From: Scenedesmus sp. PABB004
Taxonomy: Eukaryota
Reading direction: 5' to 3'
Length of the DNA: 64,000 nt
Assembly (NCBI GenBank): GCA_014905635.1
Contig: JABVCE010000028.1
Location: 124,001 to 188,000 of the forward strand
Shown here piece by piece: positions 50,755 through 62,282 of this stretch. Under the pieces are notes generated by a model. It made no database searches and was not told where the DNA came from. It worked only from the letters and a program-made list of their open reading frames with translations. The position numbers and the translations under genes are program-made. Every line of letters starts with the position of its first letter. Position 1 is the first letter of the stretch.

Positions 50755-53700
50755 TCACGCGCACCAGCCGGTGATGGCGGTGCCCGCGAGTGGCGGGAAG
50801 TTGGGCGGGAGCGGGTTGATGTTCTGTGTGCGGATTTCGGGCAGGTAGCCGCACGCGCCGGGCGTGCCGCCGTCGCACTTGCGCGCCGCGAGCATCCCCA
50901 TGTCGCGCCCCCTGTACGGCAGGCAGCCGCCGAGGCTGGGGTTGCCGCCGATCGCGAGGCGCATGACGCCGTTGCGGGCCCAGCTGAGCGGCACGGTGCC
51001 GGTGAGGCGGGCATCGTTGATGCGCAGGTCGTACACGCGCAGGCCGCCCCACTCGGCCGGCAGCGGCGTGCAGAGGGGGTTGCCGCTAAGGTCCAGGGCG
51101 CCCAGGTTGGGCATGCCCGCCCAGGCCGCGGGGAGCGGCCCGGTCAGGTTGTTGCGCGCAACCACGAGCGTGTAGCCCTTCCACGCGCCCAGGCCGGACG
51201 GGAGCTTGCCAGAGAGGCGGTTGTCCGAGGCGGACAGCGAGCCCATTGACGCCCACCCGGTCAGCGACGGCAGCGGCCCTGCGCGGCGCGCAGGCGCGCG
51301 GGCGGGCGCGGCGCGCGGTGAGGGCGGGGGCGCCGCCGGGCGCTGGCCGGGACCCCTGGCGGCGCACGCGCGCATCGCCTACAGCGTGGCCTGCGCCGCG
51401 CCGCACCTGTGAGCTTGTTGGAGTCGAGGTTGACCGCACTGAAGCTGACCCACTCGGCCGGCAGCTCCCCGGTCAGCGCGTTGCCGCTGAGGTCGAGGGT
51501 GCCCTTGCAGCCAAAGCCGCGCCACGCGGCCGGGAGGCTCCCGGCGAGCGCGTTGCCGTGCAGGTCCAGCTCCGTGATGCCCCCGCGGCTGCCGTCGGCC
51601 GGATAGTGGGCCGCCCACGCGGCGAGCTCGTCGGGCAGGCCGCCGGTGAGGTTGGCGCTGCCGAGGTTAAGGCTCCTCAGGCTGAGGCGACGGCGGCGGG
51701 GCGAGCGCGCGGGCGACGGGTCAGCGCACTCGCAGGGGGGGGGGGACCTCCAGCCGCCGCCGCACGGCCGCTGCTGCTGCCGGTGAGCTGCCAAGGGCTC
51801 ACCTGAGCATGTTGCCCCACCAGGTCCGCGGCAGCGGCCCGCCCAGGAGTGGGTTGTCGACCAGCTGCAGCAAGCGCAGGCTGGTCATGCCCGACCATGA
51901 CTCGGGCAGCGGCCCCGACAGCCGGTTCCCGCCCAGCAGCGCGACGCGCAGGCGCCGCGCGAGCGCGCCGGCGCCCCAGGCCGCGGGCAGCGCGCCCGTG
52001 AGCGCGCAGTCGGCCAGGTTGAGCTCCTCCAGGCTCGACCAGTCCGCCCAGCTCTCCGGCAGGGGGCCGCCGAGCAGGGGATTGCCGTCCAGGGAGAGCG
52101 CGCGTAGGCGCGGCAGGCGCGCCGGGTAGTCGTCCGGCAGCGTGCCGCTGAGGTTGCCGCCCAGGCCGAGCATCGTCAGGCTGCGCGGCAGCTGCGCGCC
52201 GCGCGGCGGCCCGCCGGCGAGCGTGATGCGCGCCAGTGTGATCTCAGTCAGCACCGGGAAGCTCGCCCAGCTGTCGGGCCAGGACGGGTCGGCCAGGATG
52301 GCATTGGGCTTGGCCGAGTCGACCCAGTTTGTGATTACGATCTTGGCCAGGCTTGGCGCGAGCGCGTCCCACGCGCGCGGCAGGCGGCCGGCGACGTCCT
52401 GGACGATGAGGTCGATGCGAGTGATCGCGCCGCGCGCGTCGCACGCGATGCGCTCCCAGGGAGGGCGGCAGACGTCGTCGGCCGAGACGTCCCACTTGCC
52501 CCGCGTCTGGTACTGCGCGTCGGGCGGCGGGTCGGTCGCCCAGACCCGGCCGTACAGCTCGTCCACGCCGGCCAGCAGCGCCGCCTTCTGCGCGGCGGCG
52601 TCCACGACCGGCGCGACCGGCAAGCAGTCCAGCAGTCCAGTGGAGCCGGTTCCCGCGGTCGTGGTGTTGGCCGGGCAGCGGGTGCAGGGCCTCGGCGGGC
52701 CGCCCGCTGCGGGCGCGACGGCGACGGGGCGAGTGCGGCGGGCGGCGGGCGGGTCAGCTCGCTCGCAGAGGGAAGGGGGGTGAGGGGCAGCGCCCTTGAG
52801 CTGCCGCCGCCGCCTGGCCACGGCAGCCGAGCGCTCACCTGAGTACGTCCCCCGACCGCACACTGCGCACGCCACGGCGGGGCCGTTGGACGGGCGCCCA
52901 TAGCCGGCAGCACACACGCTGCAGCTGTCGCCCGAGCTGGCCGTGCCCGCAGTCGCGTAGCCGGTCGCGCACGGCACGCAGCCGGTGATGGTCTGGGGGC
53001 CGCCGGGCGCAAAGCTGCCGGGCGGGCAGGCCACGCACTCGCCCTTGCTCGCCGACCAGTAGCTGCCGCCCGAGCAGGGCTTGGGGTTGGCGGCGAGTGG
53101 CGAGGTGCACTGCGGCACCGGCGCGCGCTTGGGCGGCGGCGGAATGCAGTCGCCCACGCTCGTGGACCGTCCCCTGAGCGTGACCAGGCCCGTGGGGCAG
53201 CCGATGCACTCTGCCCCCGCGCCGCCGCCTGCGGGCGCGCGTCGGCGGCGCAGCGGCGGTCGGTGGGCACGCAGGCTGGGCGCGGGCGCGGGTGCGGGCG
53301 CGGGCTGCGGCGGGCGGCGGCGGGCGCCTGCGCCCCACCTGAGTAGGTGCTTGACAGGCAGCCGCCGCACGTGCCGAGTGGGCTGATCAGCCGGCGCTGG
53401 CCAAACTGCTCGATCGAAAGCAGCCGCCCGTAGCCGGGCTTGCAGACGGTGCAGTTGCCGGGGGGCGAGGCCTCGCCAGGTGTCGAATACGGCGCGGCGC
53501 AGGCCGTGCACGCCGTGCGGGCGCCGCCGGCCGAAAAGGTGCCCACCGGGCAGGGCAGGCAGGCACCTGCGCTCAGAAAGTAGCCGCGCTCGCAGCTGGT
53601 CGCAGCGGCATCCGCGCCCCCCAGCAGCTTGCGACTCGCGGCTGCAGCGGGCGCGCCTGGCGGCCGACGGGAGGGCGGCGGCGGCACGGCGGCGGCGTGA

Positions 53701-53873
53701 GGTTGCTGCTGGTTTCAGGAGCGCGTCGCGACGCGCTGCAGCGTCTCGGGGGCCCCACCGCAGCGCGGCGGCCGCGCTTCTCCGCCGCCGGCCCGCCGCC
53801 CAACGCCGCGCGCCGCACCCGCGCCCGCCGCGATGGCGAAGCAGACGAAGAGCAGCATGTTCACGTCACGCAT
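50755..53873 (-). CDS. Secreted protein with Cys-rich (ephrin-receptor/GCC2-like) repeats followed by extracellular-type LRRs; no TM helix seen
   Basis: Signal MLLFVCFAIAAGAG; RKLL motif; repeats CxPCPxGTFSxGG...CxxC; LRR N-cap W...DVCRPPWERIACD; LRRs LxxLxLxGNxLxGxLPxxW; ends GTAITGWCA*. Confidence 0.8.
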
Positions 53874-54440
53874 GGCCCGCTCCGGAGGCGGGCCGGACGG
53901 CCCGGGCGCGGCGGGGAAGCAAGTGCCGGAGCTGCGCGGTGTCGATCGGCGAGCAGGACCGCGTGAGTAGTGCGTGTTTAGCTCGCGTGGGGTCACGTTG
54001 CAGAACTGAGCGCCCGCGGCACGGCCGGCAGCTCCGTGCACCACGCGGCGTCGCGACGCGGAGCTGCGAAGAACCTGACGCGCCGCCGCGCCGCGCAACC
54101 TCCCCCGCGCCGGGCGAGCGCCGCGGCAGTTCGCGGACGCTGGTTCCCGCCGCCCCCGGCCCACCGCGGCGCCTCGGCGCCAGCGTCACCGGCGGCGGCC
54201 TCCGCGCGCTCGCCGCGTGCTTACCCTCTCTCGGCGCGCCCGCCGTCTGTGCAGAGCTGGTGTCCAGGCAGTGTCGCCACGCGCACCCGCAGGCCGCGCG
54301 CGTGGTGCAGGCAGTGCAGCGCCGCGCCCCGCCCTGATCTACACCCCTCCCTCCGCCCGCCGCCGCCCCTCGCGCATGCACACACATTCACACACGCTCG
54401 CCCCGCCGCCGCGCCCGCGCCCGCGCCCGCGGCGCCGCCG

Positions 54441-54776
54441 TCAGTCGGGCACTTGCTCCAAGGGCGGGTAGGGGTGGCTCAGCCAGGGGTGCGCGAGCGC
54501 GTCGGCCGCGCTCGGCCGCGCGGCGGGGTCTGGCGTGAGGAGGTAGGCCAGGAAATCAAGGAAGCCCTCGTCACCGCCCGGCACGCGGTGCCGCAGGCTC
54601 GTGCGCTTGGGGACGAGCACCTCGTACCTGCGCGTGCGTGCGCGCGTGCGTGCGTGTGTGTGTGTGTGGGGGGGGGGAGGGGCACGTGTGGGCGCGTGTG
54701 GGTGTGGGTGAGTGGAGGTGCGGGTGCGGGTGGGGTGTGGGCGGGCGGGTGTGTGCGCGCGTGGGGCGGGACGCCG

Positions 54777-54865
<89 letters not shown>

Positions 54866-55222
54866 CACGGCGGCGCTGCGCAGGCGTGGGGCGCGGGGCG
54901 CGCCGCCGCGGGGCGCCCCGCCGCGCGCGCCGCGGGCGCACCGGCCGGTGGCCTTGTTGCGCTCGTAGATCTGGCGGCCCCGCGTGTAGAAGCGGTGGCC
55001 GTAGCGCCCCGTGGACACCATCCACCCCGGCAGCGGGCCCAGGATGCCCTCCAGGCGCACCAGCAGCGTCGCGAGCGAGTCGTTCTGCGGCGCGGCGGCC
55101 CGGCGGCGCGTCCGCGGGCGCGCCGTGCCGCGCCGCGCCGGCAGCCCGCCGCCGCGCTCGCCGTCACCCACACACACCCACCCACCCACCCACCCACCCA
55201 CCCACCCACCCACCCACCCACC

Positions 55223-55280
<58 letters not shown>

Positions 55281-55590
55281 ACCACCACCACCACACCCAC
55301 ACACACACACACCCACACACACACGCACCCACACCCAGCCACAAACACCCACCCACCCACACACACACGCACCACCACACCCACACGCTCACCTGGAAGA
55401 GCACGTATCCGGTCGCGAGCTCCGCGAGGATGCAGCCGAGGCTCCACAGGTCGACCTTCTGCCCGTAGCCGAGGCCCAGGATGACCTCGGGCGCGCGGTA
55501 GCTGCGCGACTGCACGTAGCTGGAGAGGTGGTCGGTGATGAAGCAGGAGCTGCCCAGGTCGATGACCTTCACCTCACACCTGTGTGTGTG

Positions 55591-55637
<47 letters not shown>

Positions 55638-58600
55638 GGTGGGGTGGGGGGGGGCACAACAGTGCAGTGACCACAGAGAGACCGCAGAGGGGTGCATGGG
55701 TGGGGCAGGCGGGCGGGCGGGCGGGCGAGTGCGGGTGAGTGCGGGTGCGGCGGGCGAGGCGAGGGGGAGCGCCGCGCGCGGGGCGCGGCGCGGCGGGCGC
55801 GGCCACGCCCTGCTCCTTGCTGCTGCCTGCTGCCGCCGCCGCCGCGCGTGCGGTCCGCGCGCATGGCGGCCGCGCCTGCTGTAGCTTTTGATGAGGATGT
55901 TCTCTGGCTTGAGGTCGCTGTGCACCAGGCCCAGGCTGTGCAGGAACGCGAGCGCGCGCAGCACCTGCGGCGCACCCAAGCCGGCGGCGGCGGCGCGGGG
56001 AGGTGTCACGTCGGCGCGCGGCAGGGCCGGGCTGCGGCCGCCCCACACGCCAAGCCGCGCCCCCGCGCCCCGCCGCCCCCGCCGCCCCGCTGCGCCGCGC
56101 CGCGCCGCGCCGGCGACCTGCGCCGCGATGCGCTGGATGCGTGGCGGCGTGAAGTAGGGCTCGTCGCCGTTCTCGCGCTGGTACTTTTGGAACTCGTACA
56201 GGTTGGCCCGCAGCAGCTCGCACACCAGGAACAGGTGCTCCTGGCGCGCGCGCGGCGGCGGAGGCGGCGCCGACGGGGCGAGGGACGGGGCGAGGGACGG
56301 GGCGAGGGGGGCGTGGGCGGGGCGCGCCGTCGCGCCGGCCCCTCTCGGCGCCGCGGCGTCCCCGCTGCGCCCCGCCGTGCGGGGCCGCTCAGGCCGCCGC
56401 CACCCTCACCCAGCCCTACGCCCCTGCACCCCTCAACGAGGGTTTTGCAAGCCCCTAAACCCTCAGCCCTAAGCCCCTAAACCCCTGAAGCAGCGGCCCA
56501 CCTTGTAGTAGAAAAAGTCGTAGAGACGCACGATGTGCTGCTCGTCGTCGGGGTCGCTGCCGTTGACGTAGCGCAGCAGCTTGATCTCGTCCAGGCTCTG
56601 GTCAAAGTAGTCCTGCGCAGGGGGACGCGGGGGTGTGGGGTGCGCATGTGTGTTGGTGTGTGTGGGTGCGTGGGCGTGTGTGGGGCGGGTGGAGGAAGGG
56701 GAGCAGACGAGAGGAGAGGCGCAGCGCGCGGGCGCAGCCCACAGCGCGCGGCGCGCGGCGCGGCGCGGCGCGCGGGCTCCCGCCCGCCCTCGCCCCCGCA
56801 CCTTGTTGTTCTTGATGATTTTGAGGCAGACCAGCGCGCCCGTCGCGGTGTCGAGCGCCTGCACCGCCTGGCTGAACGCGGCGCTGCCCAGGAAGTCCAT
56901 GACCTGAGTGCCCAGGAGGGAGGGGGGGGCAAGGGGGCGTCGGGCGCGGCGCGGCGCGGCGCGGCGCCGCCGCACACGCGCCGCCGCCGGGCCGCGCACG
57001 CGACGCGCCCTCTTCCCCTCTCTCCCCTCTCTTCCCCACCCCCACACCCCACACACCCACCACGCGCGCACCTGGTATCGCCCCGCGATGAGGTCGTTCT
57101 TGCGGATGGGAAACTCCTTGCTGTCCTCAAAGCCGGTGCGCCGGCGGCGGTGGATCACGCGCAGGTCAAACGTCTCGTACCTGTGCGCACCGGCACGCGC
57201 GGCGCGGCGGGTGCGGGTCGGGGCGCGGCGGGCGGCGGGCGGCGCGGCGCGCCCCCTCTGCCGCGCCGCCCCGCGCCGCCGCGCCGCCGCCGCCGCCGCC
57301 GCGCCGCGGCGCCGCGCACCACTGCTCCACGTACGCCGCGTCGTACTCATACAGCAGATTGCCCTCGCCGTCCACCACGTACCGCGGCGCGGGCAGCTCG
57401 CCAGACCCGGCGTAGCCCCCCGTGCCCGTAGAGGCGAGCTCGGCGTCGCCGCCGGGCCCGGCCGCGCCGCCGGGCTCGCCGGCAAAGCGCGGCGGCAGGG
57501 CGTCGGGGCCGGCGCCGTCGGGCGCGCCGCGCGGCGCGGAGCCGGCGCCCGACGCGCTGCCGCCGCGGGCGCCGGCGCCGGCGGGCGCGGCCGCGTCGGA
57601 CGCCGCGGCCGAGCCGGCCAGGCCGGGCGGCCGCGGCGGCGTCCCGCCCTGGCTGCCGGCCTTGAGCCGGCTGCTGCCGCCGCTGCTGCAGCCGGGCGCG
57701 CGGCTGCCGCCCGCGCCGGAGCTGCTCGGCGGCCGGCTGCCGGCGCGGCTGCTGCCGCCAGTCGACGCGTCGCGCAGGCCCACCGCCGCGGCGGGGCTGA
57801 ACGGGGTGGCCGGGCTCACCGGCGCCGCCAGCACGACGCACCCGCCCGCGCCGCCGTCGTCGCCGGCCGCGCCCGCGGCGCCGCCGCCGGCCGCGCTGCC
57901 GCTTCTGCTGCTGCCGCCGGTGCCGGGCGCCGCCGCCGCCGCCGCCTGCTGCGCCGGCGCCGCGGGCGGCACCGCCGCGGGCGTGGTCGGGAACTCCCAC
58001 GGCGACTCGCGCGCGTCGGCCGCGCCCGCGGCGCCCTCGCCCGAGCCGCCGCGGCTGACCACGAGCGGCGGCTTGCTGGTCACGGCGTCGCCTGCGGCGC
58101 GGCGGCGGCAGCGGGCCTCAGTGGGCAGGCGCCGCCGCAGGCGCTGCGCGTGTGCGCGCCTCGCGGCAGCCGGCGCGCGCCCCGGCCCCGCGCGGCGCAC
58201 CCTCGTCGTCGGAGGCGCCGCCCTCGAGCCCCGAGCGGCTGTGGTTGCTCGCCCACGTGGAGAACACGCGCTCCGCGCGCTCCTCGTGCACCGCCGCGTC
58301 CACCGCGCTCGGCGGCGTGGTGGGGAAGCTGAAGCCCCCCAGCCCGCCGCCGCCACCCCCGCACGCGCCGCCGCCGCTGCTGCCGCTGCCGCCCGCCGGC
58401 GCCGCGACGGGCGGCAAGCCCGCGCCGGCTTGCTGCTGCTGCTGCTGCTGCTGCCGCTGCTGCTGCCCCTGTTCCCGGTCCTGCTGCTGCTGCAGCTGCT
58501 CCTGCTGCTCCTGCTGCTCCTGCGGCGGCGGCTCCGCCGCGAGCGGCTGCTCGCACGCCTGCTGCGCCGCCGGCGCCAGCTGCTGCTGGGCTGCCGGCGC

Positions 58601-58757
58601 CTGCTGCTGCTCCGCCTGCTGCGCCTCCTCGTCCTGCCCCGGCCGCGCCGCCGCCGACGGCTGCTGCGGCGGCGCGAGCTTGGACGGCGGCTTGGGCCGC
58701 GCGCCGCCGGGCGCGGAGCGGCTGCCCGCGCCGCTCTGCTGCGAGCGCGGGCGGCCG

Positions 58758-58790
<33 letters not shown>

Positions 58791-60216
58791 AGCTCGCTGT
58801 CGGTCTCGCTCCAGCAGCGCATCGACCCGCCGAGCACGTCCACGCTGCTCGTGCGGCTGCCGCCGCGCAGGCCGAGCTCAAAGATGTTGCTCAGGTCGAT
58901 GCCCGCGTCGGCGGGGCAGTCCGGCGGCGGCGAGGGCGGGCTGAGGTCGATGACGTCGACAGCGTCGAGGCCGAGGCACGGCGCGCCGCCGCTGCCGCCG
59001 CCGCCGCGCCCGCCGCCGAGCCCGCCGCGGCTGCCGCCGCGGTCGAGCGAGCCCGCCTCGGAGCCGCGGCGCGAGGCCTCCTCGTTGCCGCCGTCGAGGG
59101 AGTCGAGCTCGTCGATGAAGCTGTTGCTCAGGCTCTCCACGCGGCTCAGGCCGCCCGGCTTGGGCTCGCTCAGGCTGCTGCGCCGCGAGTCGCGCGTCGG
59201 CGTGGTGACGGGCTCCGCAAACACGATGCCCGCGGGCCCGCTGTCCCACGCGGCGTCGCCGGTCGGCGCCTCGAGGCCGCCGCTCCCGCTCGCGCCGCGC
59301 TGCAGCGCGCCGCTCGCGCCGGGGCTGCTGAGGCTCGCGGAGCTGCTCGCGCTGCGCGAGGGCGGGCCCAAGCCGCCGCCGCCGCCGCCGCCGCCGCCAA
59401 ACGGCGCGCCCGCGCCCGCGCCCGGGGGCGGCGGCGCGCCGTACTCGCCGTCGCTGTCGAGCAGGTCGAGCTGGTGCAGGATGAAGTCCTGCTGGTTGGG
59501 CACGCTGCGCCGCACGTAGCCCAGGTCCTCCATGCCCTCGTACTCGTCCACGTCGGGGTCCTCGTACAGGCGCGACGAGCCTGCGGCGCGCGGGGCGCGC
59601 GGCGTCGGCGGCGCTGCGGGCGCCGCCGGCCGCGCGCGGCGCCGCGCGGGCGCGCCGCCGGCCACGCCCGGGCGCGGCGGGGCGCCTGCTGCGCGTGGCG
59701 CGGGCCCGCGCGCCGCTGCCGGGCGGCGGGGGGCCGGGATCAGGGCCGGGAGAGCAGCAGCAGCAACGCCCCTCACCAGACAGGCGCGTGGTGAGGCTGC
59801 CGGGCTCGCCCGGCGCCCAGGGGCTGCAGGGCCGCTCGCTGCCGGCGTAGTCCTCCTCGGAGGCGCCACGGCTGCGCGGCGCGGGCGCGGGCGGGTCGCG
59901 GGGCGCGGCACGGCGCCCTGCGCCGCGCCTGGTGCCCGCTGCGCCGGCCTGCGCACCTCTCCAGCACCGCCTCGGCGCTGCGCGAGCGCATGGGCTCCTG
60001 GACGTCGAACGGCTCCGACTCCGAGTAGGGAGCGGCATCATCGTCGCTGCCGCGCGCTGCATCCTGCCCCACCAGCGCGTCCGGCCCGCCGACGGAGGCG
60101 CAGACGACGGCCGCGGCCTCCTGAAAGCCGTGCGCCGTCAGCCAGGCGATCACGCTCTGCAGCTCGCTCGCGGGCGGCACGGGCGTGCCGCCCTCAGCCT
60201 GCGACGGCTGATCCAT
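54441..60216 (-). CDS. DYRKP: Plant-specific DYRK kinase (DYRKP; Chlamydomonas STD1-like)
   Basis: [117 protein letters not shown]. Confidence 0.93.
54779..54864 (+). repeat. (AG)n microsatellite in a DYRKP intron
   Basis: About 43 AG units. Confidence 0.95.
55166..55390 (+). repeat. Compound (CACC)n/(CA)n/(CCA)n microsatellite in a DYRKP intron
   Basis: Directly visible. Confidence 0.9.
55581..55635 (+). repeat. (TG)n microsatellite abutting a DYRKP 3' splice site
   Basis: Directly visible; reads (CA)n-CAG on the coding strand. Confidence 0.9.
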
Positions 60217-60323
60217 GGGGGCGCCGCCCCATCCACCGCAGCCCTCCGATCGAGCGCCGGGACCCACCGCTGCGTGTGCCGTGCTGCGCGGCGCGGCGCG
60301 GCGGCGGGCGGCGGGCGGGCTCG

Positions 60324-60385
60324 CGCGCGACGCTGCGGTCCACGGGCAGGGCTTCCGCGCGCGACGCTGCGGTCCACGGGCAGGG
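60324..60385 (+). repeat. 28-bp direct repeat (CGCGCGACGCTGCGGTCCACGGGCAGGG x2) in the PLA2-DYRKP spacer
   Basis: Copies at about 60324-60351 and 60358-60385. Confidence 0.8.
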
Positions 60386-60422
60386 ATTGCCTCGTGCTAC
60401 ACGGGCCGGGCTGACTGCGCCT

Positions 60423-62282
60423 TCAGTCGCCGCTGCGGCGGCCGGCCGCGGGGCGCGCCAGCCGCGCGGCCGGCGCGTCCCCGGCGCGCGCGAAGCAAAA
60501 CCCGGCCGCCGCGAGGTCGTGCCCGAACGAACCCGGGCACGCGTGCGTGCCGGCGTCGTACAGCCGCCCACCCCGCATCTCCTGCCAGCCCCAGACGGCC
60601 GAGAACATGAGCTGCGCGGTGCTGTCGCACCAGAAACTCGTCCACTTGGCTGACCAGTCCCACCAGCCGCGCGGCGCGTGGGCCTCGCCGCAGAGCGCCT
60701 TCATGTTGGCCAGCATCCGGCGGTCGCACTCGCGCCGCCCCTGCCTGCGCGGGACGCGCGGCGGCGGCGGCGGGGCGCAGCGACGCGCGCGGTCGGGCGG
60801 CGGCCGCGCCCCTGGCGCAGGCCGCGCCGCGCCGCGCCGCGTCGGAGCGCGCCGGAGCGCGCGCCTGCCGCTCAGCCCGAGCTTCCAGGCGCAGGCGTAG
60901 CAAACGTCGTGGGCATTGCAGCACGGCGTCAGCAGCTCCTGGAACTGCAGGCCGCGCTCAAGCGTGCCCGGCACGCTGCAGCCGTCGGCGTACCAGGCGC
61001 CGCCGCACGCCTCGGGCACCGCCAGCGTGCGCACCGGACCCTGTCCGCCGTCGACCACTGTCACCGTGCAGGCGGTCTGCGGCTCGGGCGCGCTGGGCGC
61101 CGCGGGGCCCCCGCCCGGCCCCGCCGCCTGCTGCCGCCGCTGCTGCGACTGCCCCCGCCGCCCTGCCCCGCGTGGCCGGCCCCCCGGCGCAGCGGCGCCG
61201 CCGCTGGGCGCGCCCGCCGGGGGCCGCTGGGCGCTGCTGCGGCCAGCTGCTGCCGCTCCGGAACGACCAGCGCCCCCGCGTGCCGGCGGCGCCGGCTCGC
61301 CGCCGCCCCCCGAGCTCCCTGACCTGGCCCTGCTGCCGCCACCGCCGCCGCCGCCGCCGCCGCCACTGCGCGCAGCCGCCGCACTGGCGGCGCCCGTCAG
61401 GCCAGGCGGCTCGCGCCCGGCGGGCCTGCTGCGCCTGCGACTGGGCCTGAGGCGCGCCGCCGACCGCGCGTCGGCGGCCGCGACCGCGACTGCGGCGCTG
61501 CTCGCGTTGGCGCTGGCCGCCGCGCTGCCCGCGCAGACGCCCACCAGCAGCTGACCCGGCGCCAGGAGTCGGCCGGGCGTGAGCGCTGCACGGGGGTTGC
61601 ACGCAGCGAGGGCGTGCGCGGCCAGCGCCGCCGGCGCGCCCGGGCTGGCCGCCGCCGCCGCCTGCAGCCAGCTATGGGGCGCGCCCTCGACCGCCACGCC
61701 CGGCCCGCACCCGCACAGCGCCGACGGTGGCGGCCCGCCCGCCGCCGCCGCGACGCCGACCGGGGGTGCGTCAGCGTCGCTGCCCGGCGCCTGCAGCTGG
61801 AGCAGGGGCTGGAACACGGGCAGCGCGAGGCGCAGGCCCGGCGGCAGCGCCGCGTCGCCGCGCGGGAACCCCGGGTTGACGCGCCGCGCTGCCGCGTTGC
61901 AGAGCGCGACGAGCGCCCACTGCGGCTCCCAGGGGACGCCGGGGTACGCCGCCGCCATGAGCGCCGCCGCCGTGTCGCCGGGCGCGGTCGTGTGCGTGGA
62001 CGCGACCGCGGCGCACTGGTCGCGCCAGAGCTCGCCGGCGCCTCCTGGCGAGGGGTGCGCGTGAGCGGGTGGATGGTGGGCCGCTGGTGGGGGCGGCCAA
62101 GCAGAGCTGCGAGCGGCGGCGCGCCTGGCGCGGCGCTGCTGCCAGCCGCAGTTGGCGGCGGCGAGCTGCTACCGCGCCGCACCGCTCTGCGCCGCTCGCA
62201 TCGCGGTGGTGGTCGCCATGAGCATGACGAACTGCAGGGCGCCCAGCGGGCGCCCCGGTGGCGCACACGCAGAGCAGCGCAT
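60423..62282 (-). CDS. Secreted protein: two LysM-like repeats, low-complexity linker and secretory phospholipase A2 domain
   Basis: Exon 1 MRCSACAPPGRPLGALQFVMLMATTTAMRAAQS. LysM-like segments HTTAPGDTAAALMAAAY...VNPGFPRGDAALPPGLRLALP and ...LAACNPRAALTPGRLLAPGQLL. PLA2 segment DGCSVP...LTPCCNAHDVCYAC...RRECDRRMLANMKALC...C...A.LMFSAV. GC-AG intron 60745-60864. Confidence 0.75.

Noticed and set aside
54638..55884. ORFs with poly-ER, poly-HT or poly-CV tracts
   Set aside because: These are translations of intronic microsatellites.
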